From a virus (Duplodnaviria; Caudoviricetes): DNA of 64,000 bases. The translations under genes were made by a program, and so were the position numbers. Shown one piece after another: positions 1 through 10,221 of this stretch. Location of the stretch: the IMG/VR virus record IMGVR_UViG_3300033183_000145, positions 1,028 through 65,027 of that record; one strand, 5' to 3'. The notes beneath the pieces were generated by a model. That model was not told where the DNA came from, ran no database searches, and saw only the letters and a list, made by a program, of their open reading frames with translations. Position 1 is the first letter of the stretch. Each line of letters starts with the position of its first letter.

Positions 1-2218
1 TCTGGTCTGTAAACACAACCTGTCCGTCCTCAACCTTAGACCTTATTGAGATCTCGCGACCGTGCTCGTTTCTGTAGTTCGCAACGCTACGCTCCCAATC
101 GTCTCTTCTGCTCTGAGGTAGCTGCTCTATAGAGGCGTGAGTCTCTTCAAACCCAAGCTCTATAGGCTTGCTAGTAACATCTCTATCTCTGTACGGAACC
201 TCCTCTGGCTTGTTGTCGCCCTGAAGCATTTCAATCAACCCCTTTGGGTCGTTAGGATCGTACCCAAGTGCTCTTCCAGCTGGATTGTTGAACACGAAGT
301 TTCTAGATCTTGCTTGCTGGGCGTCTCTTGCCTCTTGCGTCATGCCTTGCTCCTGAGCCGCATTGTCGGCTCTAGTCGCTTGATTGTCAAGCGTATTTTG
401 AAGCAGTGGTGACGTTCCGACGAGAATTGTGAGCCTGTCATTGATGGCGTTTATCTCCTCCTTATCGGACCCAGTCGCCGTGTTAATGTTCATAACACCG
501 TCAATAAGCTCTTGAGGAGTCATTCGGACTATTTGGTCTGGAGTGTAATATCTAGCAGCAATGGCATTAACCCTGTTGCTCATTCCTTCCCATTCTGTTA
601 TAGTCTCTTGATCCTTCTCTTTCTGTCTTTCAAGCTGTTGACGATTGTAAGCATCTCTAAAGTAATCATCATCCCCGACAGGTGCTGCAGGGGCATTGGC
701 TGCTTCTTCAAGGATTGAAATAGAGCGAGCTTGCCTGTCTTCAGCCAGAACTGGAGCCATATCTACGTCCTGCATGATGTACTGGAAGATCTCCGACTCC
801 TGAGTTCCAGGGACTGGAGCCTCTTCACCTATCTCGGTGAGATATATGGTTCTGTTCTCGTAAGTAGTAGTTGAGGTGCCCTCATCAAAACCAGTTCCCT
901 GAACTTGCTTTGCCTGACGAACGGTAGCTACCAATCTTCCATCTGGAGCATATCCAGCCCCTGTAATCTCATAATTGCCGTCTGCACTTTCTACCCCTGG
1001 TACAATGCTACCAGCCAGCTTAAGAGGGGTTCTAAATGCGTTAATGTTGTAATCCTTGGCTGGGCCCGTTGATTCTCCAGGAAGGTTGTCATCCTTGGTT
1101 CCTGGAACGCCTTGACCGTTCCTAATAATCTTAGGGTTTGTTTGCTTCCCTCCGCCTGAAGAAGCCTTTGCTCTCTCTGCTATAGTGTGCTTAGATTCTT
1201 CAACAAACAGCTCTTCTCCTTGTCTAAGGGCGTCTCGAATAAGCTTTTCTTCCTTGGTAAGCTCTGATGAAGGCACATTAAATGTTCTGTTTCCTTCGTC
1301 GTCGTAAGAGACCCCGTACACCTTGTCCATGTCGAACTCACCAGCCTCAAACTGACGCTTCAGCTCATCGTCCATGTATGGGATAAGGTTTCTTGACTCA
1401 AGGCTCTGCAGGGTCATGTTTCTTACCGCATTTCCTCCTGACTGTCCGTTGGGGTTTATGCTAAGGATGTCGTCAACGTACACCTCTCTGGCGTCCTTCT
1501 CGTTCCAGTGTCCAAGGCGCATATCAATCCTAGCCATAGTTGACTCGCTCTTTGCGTGACCATCTATGCCTCCAAGGTCGTAAGCTTCACTCTCTACGGT
1601 CCACGCTGATGGGTCTACAAGCCTTTCGTCTTCGTCAATCCCCATCATTCCTCCTTGACCATCTGCTACCATCACCTTGAAGTCGTCGGTGATGATAAGC
1701 TCCCTGTCGTACATCTTGTCTCTTTCTGCGACATCCTGTATGCTCGGCACCTTAACCTTCTGTCCAGCAGGGAGGGCTGAGTTCATTGCTTCAAGCTCAC
1801 TTCCAGTGGCATTATACGCTTTCATGTATTCGCCTCTGAACTCATCGTTTTGAGCCTTAGCGTTTTTCAGGTAATCATAGGTTCTTTTGAAGTCCTGAAT
1901 AAGCTTAGATGCCTCGACTGGGTCGTTAATCTCTCTTATTTGCTGAGCGAGCCTATCTGAGTATTCCTTCATACCCTTGGCTATGCCAGGACCACCAAGA
2001 GAAGCAACGTCATAAGTTGAGAGAGTGTTGAGGTCATTGCGCATCATCGTCTGAGCGTTCTCATACTGTCTCTGAGCTTCTTTTCTTTTGGCCTGAAGAG
2101 AAGCGTCTGCAGACCTTATTGCTGCAGCTATGCCAGCTCCTTGCTGTGCAACCACCTGCTGTTGAGGCCCTCCAGCTTGAGAGGATCCCTGACCTCTCTG
2201 TCCTATTGGTACGTACAT
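1..2218 (-). CDS. Putative internal virion (ejected) protein, partial; runs off the left end of the window
   Basis: Not in the ORF track because it has no stop in the window. ATG at 2218 overlaps the upstream TGA (TGATG). The frame reads MYVPIGQRGQGSSQAGG... and is open to position 1 (...GQVVFTDQ). It lies after the tail genes. Confidence 0.7.
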   Translation of the reverse strand, partial: MYVPIGQRGQGSSQAGGPQQQVVAQQGAGIAAAIRSADASLQAKRKEAQRQYENAQTMMRNDLNTLSTYDVASLGGPGIAKGMKEYSDRLAQQIREINDPVEASKLIQDFKRTYDYLKNAKAQNDEFRGEYMKAYNATGSELEAMNSALPAGQKVKVPSIQDVAERDKMYDRELIITDDFKVMVADGQGGMMGIDEDERLVDPSAWTVESEAYDLGGIDGHAKSESTMARIDMRLGHWNEKDAREVYVDDILSINPNGQSGGNAVRNMTLQSLESRNLIPYMDDELKRQFEAGEFDMDKVYGVSYDDEGNRTFNVPSSELTKEEKLIRDALRQGEELFVEESKHTIAERAKASSGGGKQTNPKIIRNGQGVPGTKDDNLPGESTGPAKDYNINAFRTPLKLAGSIVPGVESADGNYEITGAGYAPDGRLVATVRQAKQVQGTGFDEGTSTTTYENRTIYLTEIGEEAPVPGTQESEIFQYIMQDVDMAPVLAEDRQARSISILEEAANAPAAPVGDDDYFRDAYNRQQLERQKEKDQETITEWEGMSNRVNAIAARYYTPDQIVRMTPQELIDGVMNINTATGSDKEEINAINDRLTILVGTSPLLQNTLDNQATRADNAAQEQGMTQEARDAQQARSRNFVFNNPAGRALGYDPNDPKGLIEMLQGDNKPEEVPYRDRDVTSKPIELGFEETHASIEQLPQSRRDDWERSVANYRNEHGREISIRSKVEDGQVVFTDQ

Positions 2219-3189
2219 CAGTCTTTAAATTGAGGCTTAGACAGAAGCTCCTTCATAAATTCGAGGAGTCCTTTTTCATCGCCCTTTTCAATTAATTCTT
2301 CCATTGCTTGGGACTGGTCTGGGTTAAATACTAATTCACCACCCGTAAGCTCAGCTTCTTTCTCTCCGTTCTCTTCGTCAATCACAGCCTTCTTGTTCGT
2401 GTCGTGATTAAACTCACCCTTGGTCTTGAATCCTTCATCAGCCATGTATCTCATGCCAGCTTCGGCCTTGATTCTACCTCCGTATTCGTTTTCAGTTTCG
2501 TCGTCGACACTTCCGCCTGGATTGCCAGGCTTGTAGTCCTTAAGGAGTGTGGCCAGAGCAGTAGCTGTCTGCGCGCCGCTTGCTGTAGCTGCAGGCCCAG
2601 CAGCAGCACTTCTTTCTGCAAGATCAAGCAAAGTTCTTCTGCCTTCGTCAGCTCCAGCAGCACCTCTCTCCATGATCATCTGATCAAGCGCAGACTGGAA
2701 GTCCTTTTCTTTTTCTGTGAGTGCAGCGCGTTTCTCTTCAGCGCCAGCCTTCATACCTAGGGCACGAGCTCTTGCGGCATCATCTCCAGCTCCAATTTGC
2801 TCAAGCGTGTTAAGCAATCCAGCAGCAGACCTAGGGTCTCCAGACTGAAGGGCCGACACGACATCTCTTCTTTGCTCCTGAGTTCTTCTGTCTCCAGCAG
2901 CAAGCAAGGCTTCAGCAGCCTCCTTTTGGCCTTGGATTGAATCCTCTGTGGCTTGCGTTACGGCAGGGCGAGAGCGAAGCTTTTCAAGCATCTTTTCGTA
3001 TGCTTTCTTGCCTTCGGTTTGTTGCTCAAGTGCAGCGGCTCTTCTCTCTTCTATGCCAGCTTCAAGGCCTTTCTTCGCTCTGCTTCTTTCAAGAGCTCCT
3101 GCGCCTACGGTGAGGGCTGTCTTACCGAGCTTCTTAGCTTGGTCGGATTTCAGCCAGTCTCCTATCTTATCCCATGGAATGTCTGCCAT
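2218..3189 (-). CDS. Putative internal virion protein (Ala/Gln-rich, helical)
   Basis: 323-aa ORF with a coiled-coil-like body and C-terminal xxGG/xxGM motifs plus ELTGGELVFNP. Lies downstream of the tail genes and has its own TAnnTTTG promoter. Confidence 0.55.
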   Translation of the reverse strand: MADIPWDKIGDWLKSDQAKKLGKTALTVGAGALERSRAKKGLEAGIEERRAAALEQQTEGKKAYEKMLEKLRSRPAVTQATEDSIQGQKEAAEALLAAGDRRTQEQRRDVVSALQSGDPRSAAGLLNTLEQIGAGDDAARARALGMKAGAEEKRAALTEKEKDFQSALDQMIMERGAAGADEGRRTLLDLAERSAAAGPAATASGAQTATALATLLKDYKPGNPGGSVDDETENEYGGRIKAEAGMRYMADEGFKTKGEFNHDTNKKAVIDEENGEKEAELTGGELVFNPDQSQAMEELIEKGDEKGLLEFMKELLSKPQFKD

Positions 3190-3194
3190 AACTG

Positions 3195-3202
3195 CAAAAA
3201 TA
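3195..3202 (-). promoter_or_regulatory. Bacteroidota sigma-A -7 element (TATTTTTG), 5 nt before ATG
   Basis: Matches TAnnTTTG; same placement as at several other genes. Confidence 0.6.
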
Positions 3203-3209
3203 ATAAATG

Positions 3210-4076
3210 TTAGCTATTGTGGTCTAATGTTGTTGGTTCAAAATCAACGTTGAAAGCGTGTACCTCGAAGTCATGCTCTTGAGGGAACAAAACAGACACG
3301 TCAGCAAACTGACCTTTTGGTTGATCTGAGTTTGTGTCTCTGTACGCTATGAGAACTGCACTTCCTTCTGAGAGGTTATGCGGTACATCGACGAAGTAAC
3401 CTCCATTGTAGTAAAGCAGAATTTTTGAGGTGCTAGCTTCCGCTTCTGGGTTGGTTCCTAGGGCCACGCCTGATTCCTTTACAAGTCTAGCGTCCCCACC
3501 ACTAAAGTGAGACCTTGGCCCACTGATCTTTACGTATGCTCCTGACCCTTCTACACCAGGATCAAAGCCGAAGTATTGAATGAAATCTGCTGATTCCACT
3601 AGTCTCTCTACAGTTCCTACTGGCTGAACTCTTGAGTTCGACCTATACTCCTCTGTACCTTTTACCCCTCCGTACAATATACCCCCTAAGCTTTTTAGCT
3701 TGTTAAGTACAACTCTTTTAGTCCATCCGTTGCCAGCCCCATTGTTTACAATGAATGTGTTAAAGGTGGCTGCGCCATTAGGGTCTGCGGGCCAAGATAA
3801 AAGATCGGGAGACTCAATGGAGAAGGACTTGTAAATCTTGTTTACTGACGGGTTAGCGTTGAAAGAGAAAGACACCCCAGAGCTTACAGGATCGCACCCA
3901 TAGAAACTGTTGTTGGTTGTAGCGTTTTGATCATGCTTCCATAAAATCTCTGCTGACGAAGTAGATACAGGGGCGGAAATCATGTGGTCTTTAATCCAGC
4001 CAAAGCACGAAGAGGTGTAGCTGTACCTGCTTACCCACTCATTAGAAGCGTTATTAAAAGCTATTGTCTCTCTCAT
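3210..4076 (-). CDS. Tail-associated structural protein
   Basis: 288-aa beta-rich ORF coupled to the stabilization gene. WVSRYSY...FNANPSVNKIYKS resembles the C-terminal part of phage stabilization proteins. Confidence 0.55.
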   Translation of the reverse strand: MRETIAFNNASNEWVSRYSYTSSCFGWIKDHMISAPVSTSSAEILWKHDQNATTNNSFYGCDPVSSGVSFSFNANPSVNKIYKSFSIESPDLLSWPADPNGAATFNTFIVNNGAGNGWTKRVVLNKLKSLGGILYGGVKGTEEYRSNSRVQPVGTVERLVESADFIQYFGFDPGVEGSGAYVKISGPRSHFSGGDARLVKESGVALGTNPEAEASTSKILLYYNGGYFVDVPHNLSEGSAVLIAYRDTNSDQPKGQFADVSVLFPQEHDFEVHAFNVDFEPTTLDHNS

Positions 4077-7000
4077 TCTTCAGGAAAGTTAAAGGTAACG
4101 GCATCGTTAGCCCCCAGGAAGGTTTGCTGGTCGGCAGCTGGGTCAAACGTATTCCCAAACACGGTCAAGAACCTTAGCAAATCTTGAGTAGATATAGCCC
4201 CATCGTTGATGTTGGCGTTGAGTTCAGGATCATCAATTTGCCCAGGGCCAGCAGCCAAGTCAAATAGCTGTTCAGCACTAAACCTACTAAGTATTTCGGA
4301 CAGGTCTATAGTAACGCTATCTGGGTATACGTACTCCACAACCGTCTCGGTCGGCCCTCCGCCGCCGCCGCCAGTATCTCCAGTGCCCTCAAATGCGTTG
4401 TCACCACACGTGCCTTCTTGCGTGTTCTGATTATACACACTGAGGATGTAAGTGTCGTTGTATGGGTCATATCCGCCCACAACCTTGATCTCACCCATCC
4501 CAGCATCCCTATCAGCCTCCGCTTGTTCGAACAGCTTCTTAAAGTAGCTCTTCATGTTGATATCAGAAACTACTTGAATGCCGTTCGCAGGGTTGAACTT
4601 GTACACCTGCCTGTTGCTCTTGCTCGCGAAGTAAACAGTGTTCCCGATGTTGCACACAGATTCTGGGTTGTCGTCACACCCGTAGTTGCCAGCATAGTAT
4701 CTCTCAGTGCCAAGCACCTGTCTTGCAGCCACAAGAGTCTCAGAACCACCTCCGTCAGTAATAAGGTTTCTATTTACAGGGATAGAGCTGCATCTGTTTG
4801 ACTGAATGACGAATATTGAATCGTCATTGTTAATCATGTAGTTGATATCGCCAAACTCAGATGGCAAGTCCTTGAACTGTGCCTTCGCTGGGTTAAATGA
4901 TGTCAAAGACATGATCTTAGACATAGGGTTGTCCTTGTCTGAATACGTAATAGAAGCTGACTTTACAGATCGCTCAACATCTGGGAGAACAATCTTTGGC
5001 TTTCCCTTTGCCCATACATCAGAGTTTCTGACTTTGTCGCTAAATGATTGAGCTTCAATGTTGTATGGGAAAAAGTTTGGGCTAGATGACTCTTCTTCTA
5101 TAATAGATTCAAAGCTTCCAGACTTAACCTTCTGGAAATTGACTGGAGCTGTCTTCCACCAAACATCTCCGCCGCTAATTGTCTGAACACCTCCGAAATT
5201 GGAGATGTCATATGTTGGCCCAATCTCGTAGTACACGAGGCTTTCTTCGTCGGCGGAAAGTTTAGGCGAGTATATCTCTACGACGCACCTCTTGTTCCAG
5301 TTGTGTATGTTCGAGTTTGGGTCGTTTTCTCCATTAGCTACTTGATCGTATGTAAACCCAATGGCGTTCAAGTTATTTTCAAGAACCAAAAATGACCCAG
5401 TCTTAGCTTTGTGGGGTATGTTTCCGTCTTGGTCAACATCGTAAAGAGGATTGTCAGCCCCAGTAGAAAGGGTTACTTGATCGACGATGTTAAACTCATA
5501 ATCAGAATCTAAGAATATCCTAGACTCTCCAGATGGGTTTTCGTAATAAGATATTATACGAAGCCTGTCTCCATCTCGATATGTGTATATGTCGCTAGAT
5601 CCATCAAGACCTCTTGCCCCATAAGATTTAGCATAAGAGGCCGTGTCGTGCTGAAGGTAATTAAGGGAGACATATATGTTTCCAGAAGACTCATCAGAAT
5701 CTTGCGCCCCCACAAAAGCCCCGCCTACCGAGTACTGAACAAACCTAGACATGGTTGTGTTTCCGCTGTAAACGAACCTGAATTTTGTAGCACCACTCGG
5801 GGGTGTACCAGTAAGAGTTACGATAATATCTGAAACCTTTCCTTCAAAACCGTCTGTCCTGTCGCTAAACCAAGGAACGTAAACACTTCCTATTGGATTT
5901 ACATTAGAGCTTCGACCTCTTCCGTCATAAAAAACAACCCCAAAAGCATGGCTTGCTCCAGCTTTAAATGTTTGACCCCCACCAATTCCTGGGGGTATAA
6001 CTGACATCAATGCGTTTACCCCAGACGAGTTAGACAGCTGATTCTCATATCCAGTCGAACTACTTTCGTGTGGAAAGTCACCGAAGTAGAATGAACCGAC
6101 TCCGTACCAGCAATCGGAGTTGATGTGTGGGAGGTAGTCATAGTTGAATCCAGACTTAAGGTGAATAAACGGCATAGATGACGTAGCCTCAAGATTTTGA
6201 ATGGCAGAAGATGTTGCGCCGTAGTTACCTCTAGCTACGACAACTTCCGCTCCAGAGCTGTCATTCATTATAGCCGCTGGGCCTTTATAGTTAAACTCAT
6301 TCGCGGAGTTGCCTTCATTTGAATTAGTTGTGTAAGCAACCATTATATTGTTGCTCATGGCAGGACCATAGATGCCAGCCAGTGGTTCTCTTCTTGGGAC
6401 TACAGTGCTTTCAATGTCTCCGTCATCTAACCCGATAAGAACAGCACTTCCAACCTGACCTATTCCTCTCCCGTCGTCTTCGGCTCCAGGTCCATTGAGC
6501 CCAGGAAGCAAGTAGTTGTCGTAAAACGAGTTGTCGTCAACTCCTGATCCGCCTGGACCTCCTTTGCCGTCCATAAGCGAAAAAATAGAAGTGCCATTTA
6601 TGTTCTCACCCTCAAAAAACTTTACTTCTCTGCCGCTGGTTTCATAGATATTTACGTGTTGGTTTGAGTAAAACAAACCGCCTATAATGGTCTTCCATGG
6701 AGCTTCTATCCCAGGAAAGCTTTCTGAAGCCCTGAAAACGTTTTCTTCCCGCAGAATCCTCATGCCTTCTACAGGATGATCAAAAAACCCATAGGGCGTA
6801 TCAACTTCAGCCCCAAATGTTGGTATGGCATCCTGGGGGTAAGAGTTAAACTCTATGTTGTGAGACATACCCTTTGCGGCAAAGTCTGGATTGTTCTGAA
6901 GACCTCCAAAGTTGTTTCCCTCGTAGGAGAATGGGAAAAAGCTATACTCTCTGAAGTCCGCGTTTCCGAACAATACCGACTCGTTTACTGCTGGTATAGA

Positions 7001-9370
7001 ATCGTTGCCAGCAGCATTCCACGGAGCCAAGCAGTACCATCTTGCACCTGGAAGAGGGCGTCTTATGCAGGTCAGAACAGCTTCTTCGTCTACTGGAACG
7101 GTTATCTCTTTAACATATATGCCAAAACGGGCCCTTGGCTTGTCATTCGACTCAGACACAGTGACGGCTTCTCCTGGGCTGTACTGATTCTGAGCAAATT
7201 CTCTCTCTTCAAGGTATCCCTCATCTAAAAAGACGCCAAACTTGACCGTAGCTTTATTCAGTATAATGAATCCTTTTACTATGTCTGCTACGAGAGAGTT
7301 ATCTGCCTCTGGCCCTCGCCCTGCTTCCAAGAGTTGACCGACCGCTACACCATTGTCGACTCCATCTGGAGTAAATCTTGACCCAACTGTAGATATGAGC
7401 TTAGCGAGAGACGAGGTCTCCTTAAAGGAAGAACTGTTCCTCAGCCCAAGGTCCACCTCATACTGAAGCTCCTCATCGGCAGGATATGAAATGTTGTCCG
7501 CAAGGGTGGCCAACTCTGAGCCTTCTGATGCTTCTGCTCCAGAAATAATCAAAGATATAGCTCTTACCACTTGCTGCTTCGTCAAGTCTGAGGCAGCGAC
7601 AAAGGAACAGCGAACTGTAAAAGGCTTCCCCTGAACTATAAGAGGGTGTCCAGCACTGGTGCCAAGGCTAACGCCCTCAACCTCACCTATTCCAGCGCTC
7701 TCCGTCTCCATGTCGAAATACTTCCACTTGAATTTATCATCTGCGCCATAGGCTCCGTCCTCAAGGAAGCTTACCCCTACTCCCGTAGAGCAGATAGCTG
7801 GAACTCTTTTGAAAGCATCAAACTGTTCTCTAATGAAGTCGCCTCCTGACTTTTTCATACTCTGCCAGAACAGCCCCTTTGGGTGGCCCGTGACGGCGCT
7901 ATCTCCAAGTCCAGCGTTAACGACAGGATGTACACCAGCTGCCCAGTCATCTATCGTTCCTATGCCATTCTGACTAATGCCCTCTAGGGAAAAGTCTTCA
8001 CCCATTTGTGGGCTTTGGTGGTATGAACGTCTGGAGTTGTATACGTGAAAGTTTTGCTTTGGGCTTACTGTAAAACTAAACGATATGAAAGACCCCTGCT
8101 CCATTGTGTTGTCAAGCTGAGAGGCATCTATCGTAAAGCCCATGTTTTTATTTTGAGCGCCATCCTCTGGGTCCCAGGGGCCTGGAGATGGGCATGTAGA
8201 CGGCAAGACGTTAAGTTCATAGCTCTTGAAATCTGAAGGCCTTTCAGAGGGCGAAGGAACCATTGCAGAATCAATTTCTACGTTGTCGAACCCGCTTAAA
8301 TAATTACCGTAAACAAGCCTGTTGTCTATAATTGTCTGAGCCTCAACTCTGTACGGAACATCATCAAACTGTTTTGTCTGTACGTCAGAAGGAATAGCTG
8401 AGTTAACAGAGGTGTTCAGGAACCTATAAGATATAGGAGCGTCTTCATAGTCAAATTCATCAACCATAAACCAAGACCCAGAGTCGCCCCTTCTCGCTAA
8501 CAGCTTGACACTGTTTATTTCCGAAGACATGTCATCATTAGGTATGATGAGGTCTATAGCGTTTAGCTGATTTAGATAAGATACATCACTAGATCCTGTG
8601 TACCTCAAGTATCCAGGTGGCACAAATATGTTTGAGTAAGCAGATATTGCGCTTTCAGACCCATCAATGTATACGTTTTGATATGCAAACTGAAAGCCTT
8701 CAATTCCCAAAAACTCATTTGAGTTAAACGAAGTTTCATTCTCCCACCCTCCAGAGCTTGACTCAGTGTCAGAGGTTATGGGCGTTTGAGGAGTGTTGGC
8801 GCACACAAGAACAAAGTCGTAGTAACCGCTTCCGCTGGAGTCGTGGTCGCCTTCCATGGCTCGGAGTACGTTAATCTTCTTTGGTTGAGACTGATTGTCT
8901 GTAAAGAAAATAAACGGCACATCCTCGTAAAGCGTCTCGTCTTCTGTTATGTAGTTTCTCTGGATATACGTAATGTCGGCCTTTACAAAGGCGTCAATAC
9001 CGTAAGTGAGAAGAGTTGAAGTGAAGACCTTCTTAATCCCATTCTTTTCAGCGCCTCCAGGAAGGTACCCATCAGGGTCGTAAGCATAAATACCGTTTGG
9101 TCCGTCCTCTTCATAAACGAAGAAATAGATGACGTTGTACTTATCGCACATCACCTTTCCGACCACGGTCTTGTTCGTTCCAGTAAACGAAGAATACCCT
9201 TCATTAAGAGGTGTGTTGGACTTCAGCGGCTTCAGTACGCCAGCATTTCCTCCACCACCTCTAGTGTCCTCCGATGTGTTGATGTTGATTGCATCAGACA
9301 TCTCATCTGGACCGAGCAGTCTTGAATCAGCGGACTTGTTCAGCTTTCTTGGATACCTCTTTTCAATCAT
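4073..9370 (-). CDS. Tail stabilization / muzzle-like protein (crAss-like, P22 gp10-like)
   Basis: 1765 aa. N-terminal LNKSADSRL...DAININ, FFTDN..PKKIN, FQFAYQ..Y.DG.ESA, NRLVYGNY, FKAGASHAFGVVFYD.RGRSS and YGC.DNPES motifs are typical of this family. Confidence 0.75.
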   Translation of the reverse strand: MIEKRYPRKLNKSADSRLLGPDEMSDAININTSEDTRGGGGNAGVLKPLKSNTPLNEGYSSFTGTNKTVVGKVMCDKYNVIYFFVYEEDGPNGIYAYDPDGYLPGGAEKNGIKKVFTSTLLTYGIDAFVKADITYIQRNYITEDETLYEDVPFIFFTDNQSQPKKINVLRAMEGDHDSSGSGYYDFVLVCANTPQTPITSDTESSSGGWENETSFNSNEFLGIEGFQFAYQNVYIDGSESAISAYSNIFVPPGYLRYTGSSDVSYLNQLNAIDLIIPNDDMSSEINSVKLLARRGDSGSWFMVDEFDYEDAPISYRFLNTSVNSAIPSDVQTKQFDDVPYRVEAQTIIDNRLVYGNYLSGFDNVEIDSAMVPSPSERPSDFKSYELNVLPSTCPSPGPWDPEDGAQNKNMGFTIDASQLDNTMEQGSFISFSFTVSPKQNFHVYNSRRSYHQSPQMGEDFSLEGISQNGIGTIDDWAAGVHPVVNAGLGDSAVTGHPKGLFWQSMKKSGGDFIREQFDAFKRVPAICSTGVGVSFLEDGAYGADDKFKWKYFDMETESAGIGEVEGVSLGTSAGHPLIVQGKPFTVRCSFVAASDLTKQQVVRAISLIISGAEASEGSELATLADNISYPADEELQYEVDLGLRNSSSFKETSSLAKLISTVGSRFTPDGVDNGVAVGQLLEAGRGPEADNSLVADIVKGFIILNKATVKFGVFLDEGYLEEREFAQNQYSPGEAVTVSESNDKPRARFGIYVKEITVPVDEEAVLTCIRRPLPGARWYCLAPWNAAGNDSIPAVNESVLFGNADFREYSFFPFSYEGNNFGGLQNNPDFAAKGMSHNIEFNSYPQDAIPTFGAEVDTPYGFFDHPVEGMRILREENVFRASESFPGIEAPWKTIIGGLFYSNQHVNIYETSGREVKFFEGENINGTSIFSLMDGKGGPGGSGVDDNSFYDNYLLPGLNGPGAEDDGRGIGQVGSAVLIGLDDGDIESTVVPRREPLAGIYGPAMSNNIMVAYTTNSNEGNSANEFNYKGPAAIMNDSSGAEVVVARGNYGATSSAIQNLEATSSMPFIHLKSGFNYDYLPHINSDCWYGVGSFYFGDFPHESSSTGYENQLSNSSGVNALMSVIPPGIGGGQTFKAGASHAFGVVFYDGRGRSSNVNPIGSVYVPWFSDRTDGFEGKVSDIIVTLTGTPPSGATKFRFVYSGNTTMSRFVQYSVGGAFVGAQDSDESSGNIYVSLNYLQHDTASYAKSYGARGLDGSSDIYTYRDGDRLRIISYYENPSGESRIFLDSDYEFNIVDQVTLSTGADNPLYDVDQDGNIPHKAKTGSFLVLENNLNAIGFTYDQVANGENDPNSNIHNWNKRCVVEIYSPKLSADEESLVYYEIGPTYDISNFGGVQTISGGDVWWKTAPVNFQKVKSGSFESIIEEESSSPNFFPYNIEAQSFSDKVRNSDVWAKGKPKIVLPDVERSVKSASITYSDKDNPMSKIMSLTSFNPAKAQFKDLPSEFGDINYMINNDDSIFVIQSNRCSSIPVNRNLITDGGGSETLVAARQVLGTERYYAGNYGCDDNPESVCNIGNTVYFASKSNRQVYKFNPANGIQVVSDINMKSYFKKLFEQAEADRDAGMGEIKVVGGYDPYNDTYILSVYNQNTQEGTCGDNAFEGTGDTGGGGGGPTETVVEYVYPDSVTIDLSEILSRFSAEQLFDLAAGPGQIDDPELNANINDGAISTQDLLRFLTVFGNTFDPAADQQTFLGANDAVTFNFPEE

Positions 9371-10221
9371 TAGTACTTAGGTACAAGTTTGAAGTTCTTT
9401 CTCGTGATTCTCATCGCCTCGTCCTTAGAGAAGTTCGTGAGTCTTCTGTTGGCCTTGCGTCGCTCGTTGTAGTACTCAGATCTAGCTCTGGCCTTTTCAT
9501 TGGCGGGAACAGTAGACTTTCTTTCACACAGCTTGTAGTAGATGTATGCTCTGAGAGCCTCCTCAGCGTATATGTGAATAACGGGGTTGGTGGATCTAGC
9601 TTCGTCAGCTACGTACTCCATGACAACCTCACTGAAAGAACCATTAGTGTCTATCTCTATTCTATTTTGGTCAAGGTTGATTCTGTACTCACCCTCCTTG
9701 AACCCTCCACCCATTCCGTACAATCTACCAAGAGACCCGTTGTATAAGTAGTTCTCAAAGACGTACTGATCGTAGTCGTCAGCCGTGTTGAGGTCCTGAG
9801 CAGTAGATGACTTGGAGTCTTGTCTATTTAAAATGAAGTTTGCCTCGATTGGCAAAGGACCTTCCTCGCTGTCGGAGGTAGAGGTGCCTGAGACCTTTCT
9901 TGAGTAGTTCAAATGCTTGTTTTCACCAAACACACGAAGGACTCCCTCAGAGTCCACAACGCCAAGCTTAATCATGTCGACGTAATCATCAGGTATAGCA
10001 ACAGTGTTGTTATCCTTGTTTATCGTCAATTTAAGGCTCTTAATTCGACTAACGACGTCAAAGCCAAGCTCTCGTATACCTCGCAGCGCAAAGTTCCTTA
10101 GAGCAGCGTCAGAAGCGTTCGCAGTGAAATCTTCTGAATCTGTAGTTATCTTGAAATCATTGATTACTTGGCTAAGGGGCACGTAGTTCATACCCGATGC
10201 CGAAACGTCCTGATAAGCCAT
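9370..10221 (-). CDS. Head-tail ring/adaptor protein
   Basis: 283 aa with RGIRELGFD, IPDDYVD and EEALRAYI motifs; lies between capsid and stabilization genes. Confidence 0.65.
   Translation of the reverse strand: MAYQDVSASGMNYVPLSQVINDFKITTDSEDFTANASDAALRNFALRGIRELGFDVVSRIKSLKLTINKDNNTVAIPDDYVDMIKLGVVDSEGVLRVFGENKHLNYSRKVSGTSTSDSEEGPLPIEANFILNRQDSKSSTAQDLNTADDYDQYVFENYLYNGSLGRLYGMGGGFKEGEYRINLDQNRIEIDTNGSFSEVVMEYVADEARSTNPVIHIYAEEALRAYIYYKLCERKSTVPANEKARARSEYYNERRKANRRLTNFSKDEAMRITRKNFKLVPKY

Noticed and set aside
1264-1270. Other CTGATGA hammerhead cores (also near 24817)
   Set aside because: They are antisense to coding sequence, and I saw no stem II/GAAA/stem III arrangement around them.
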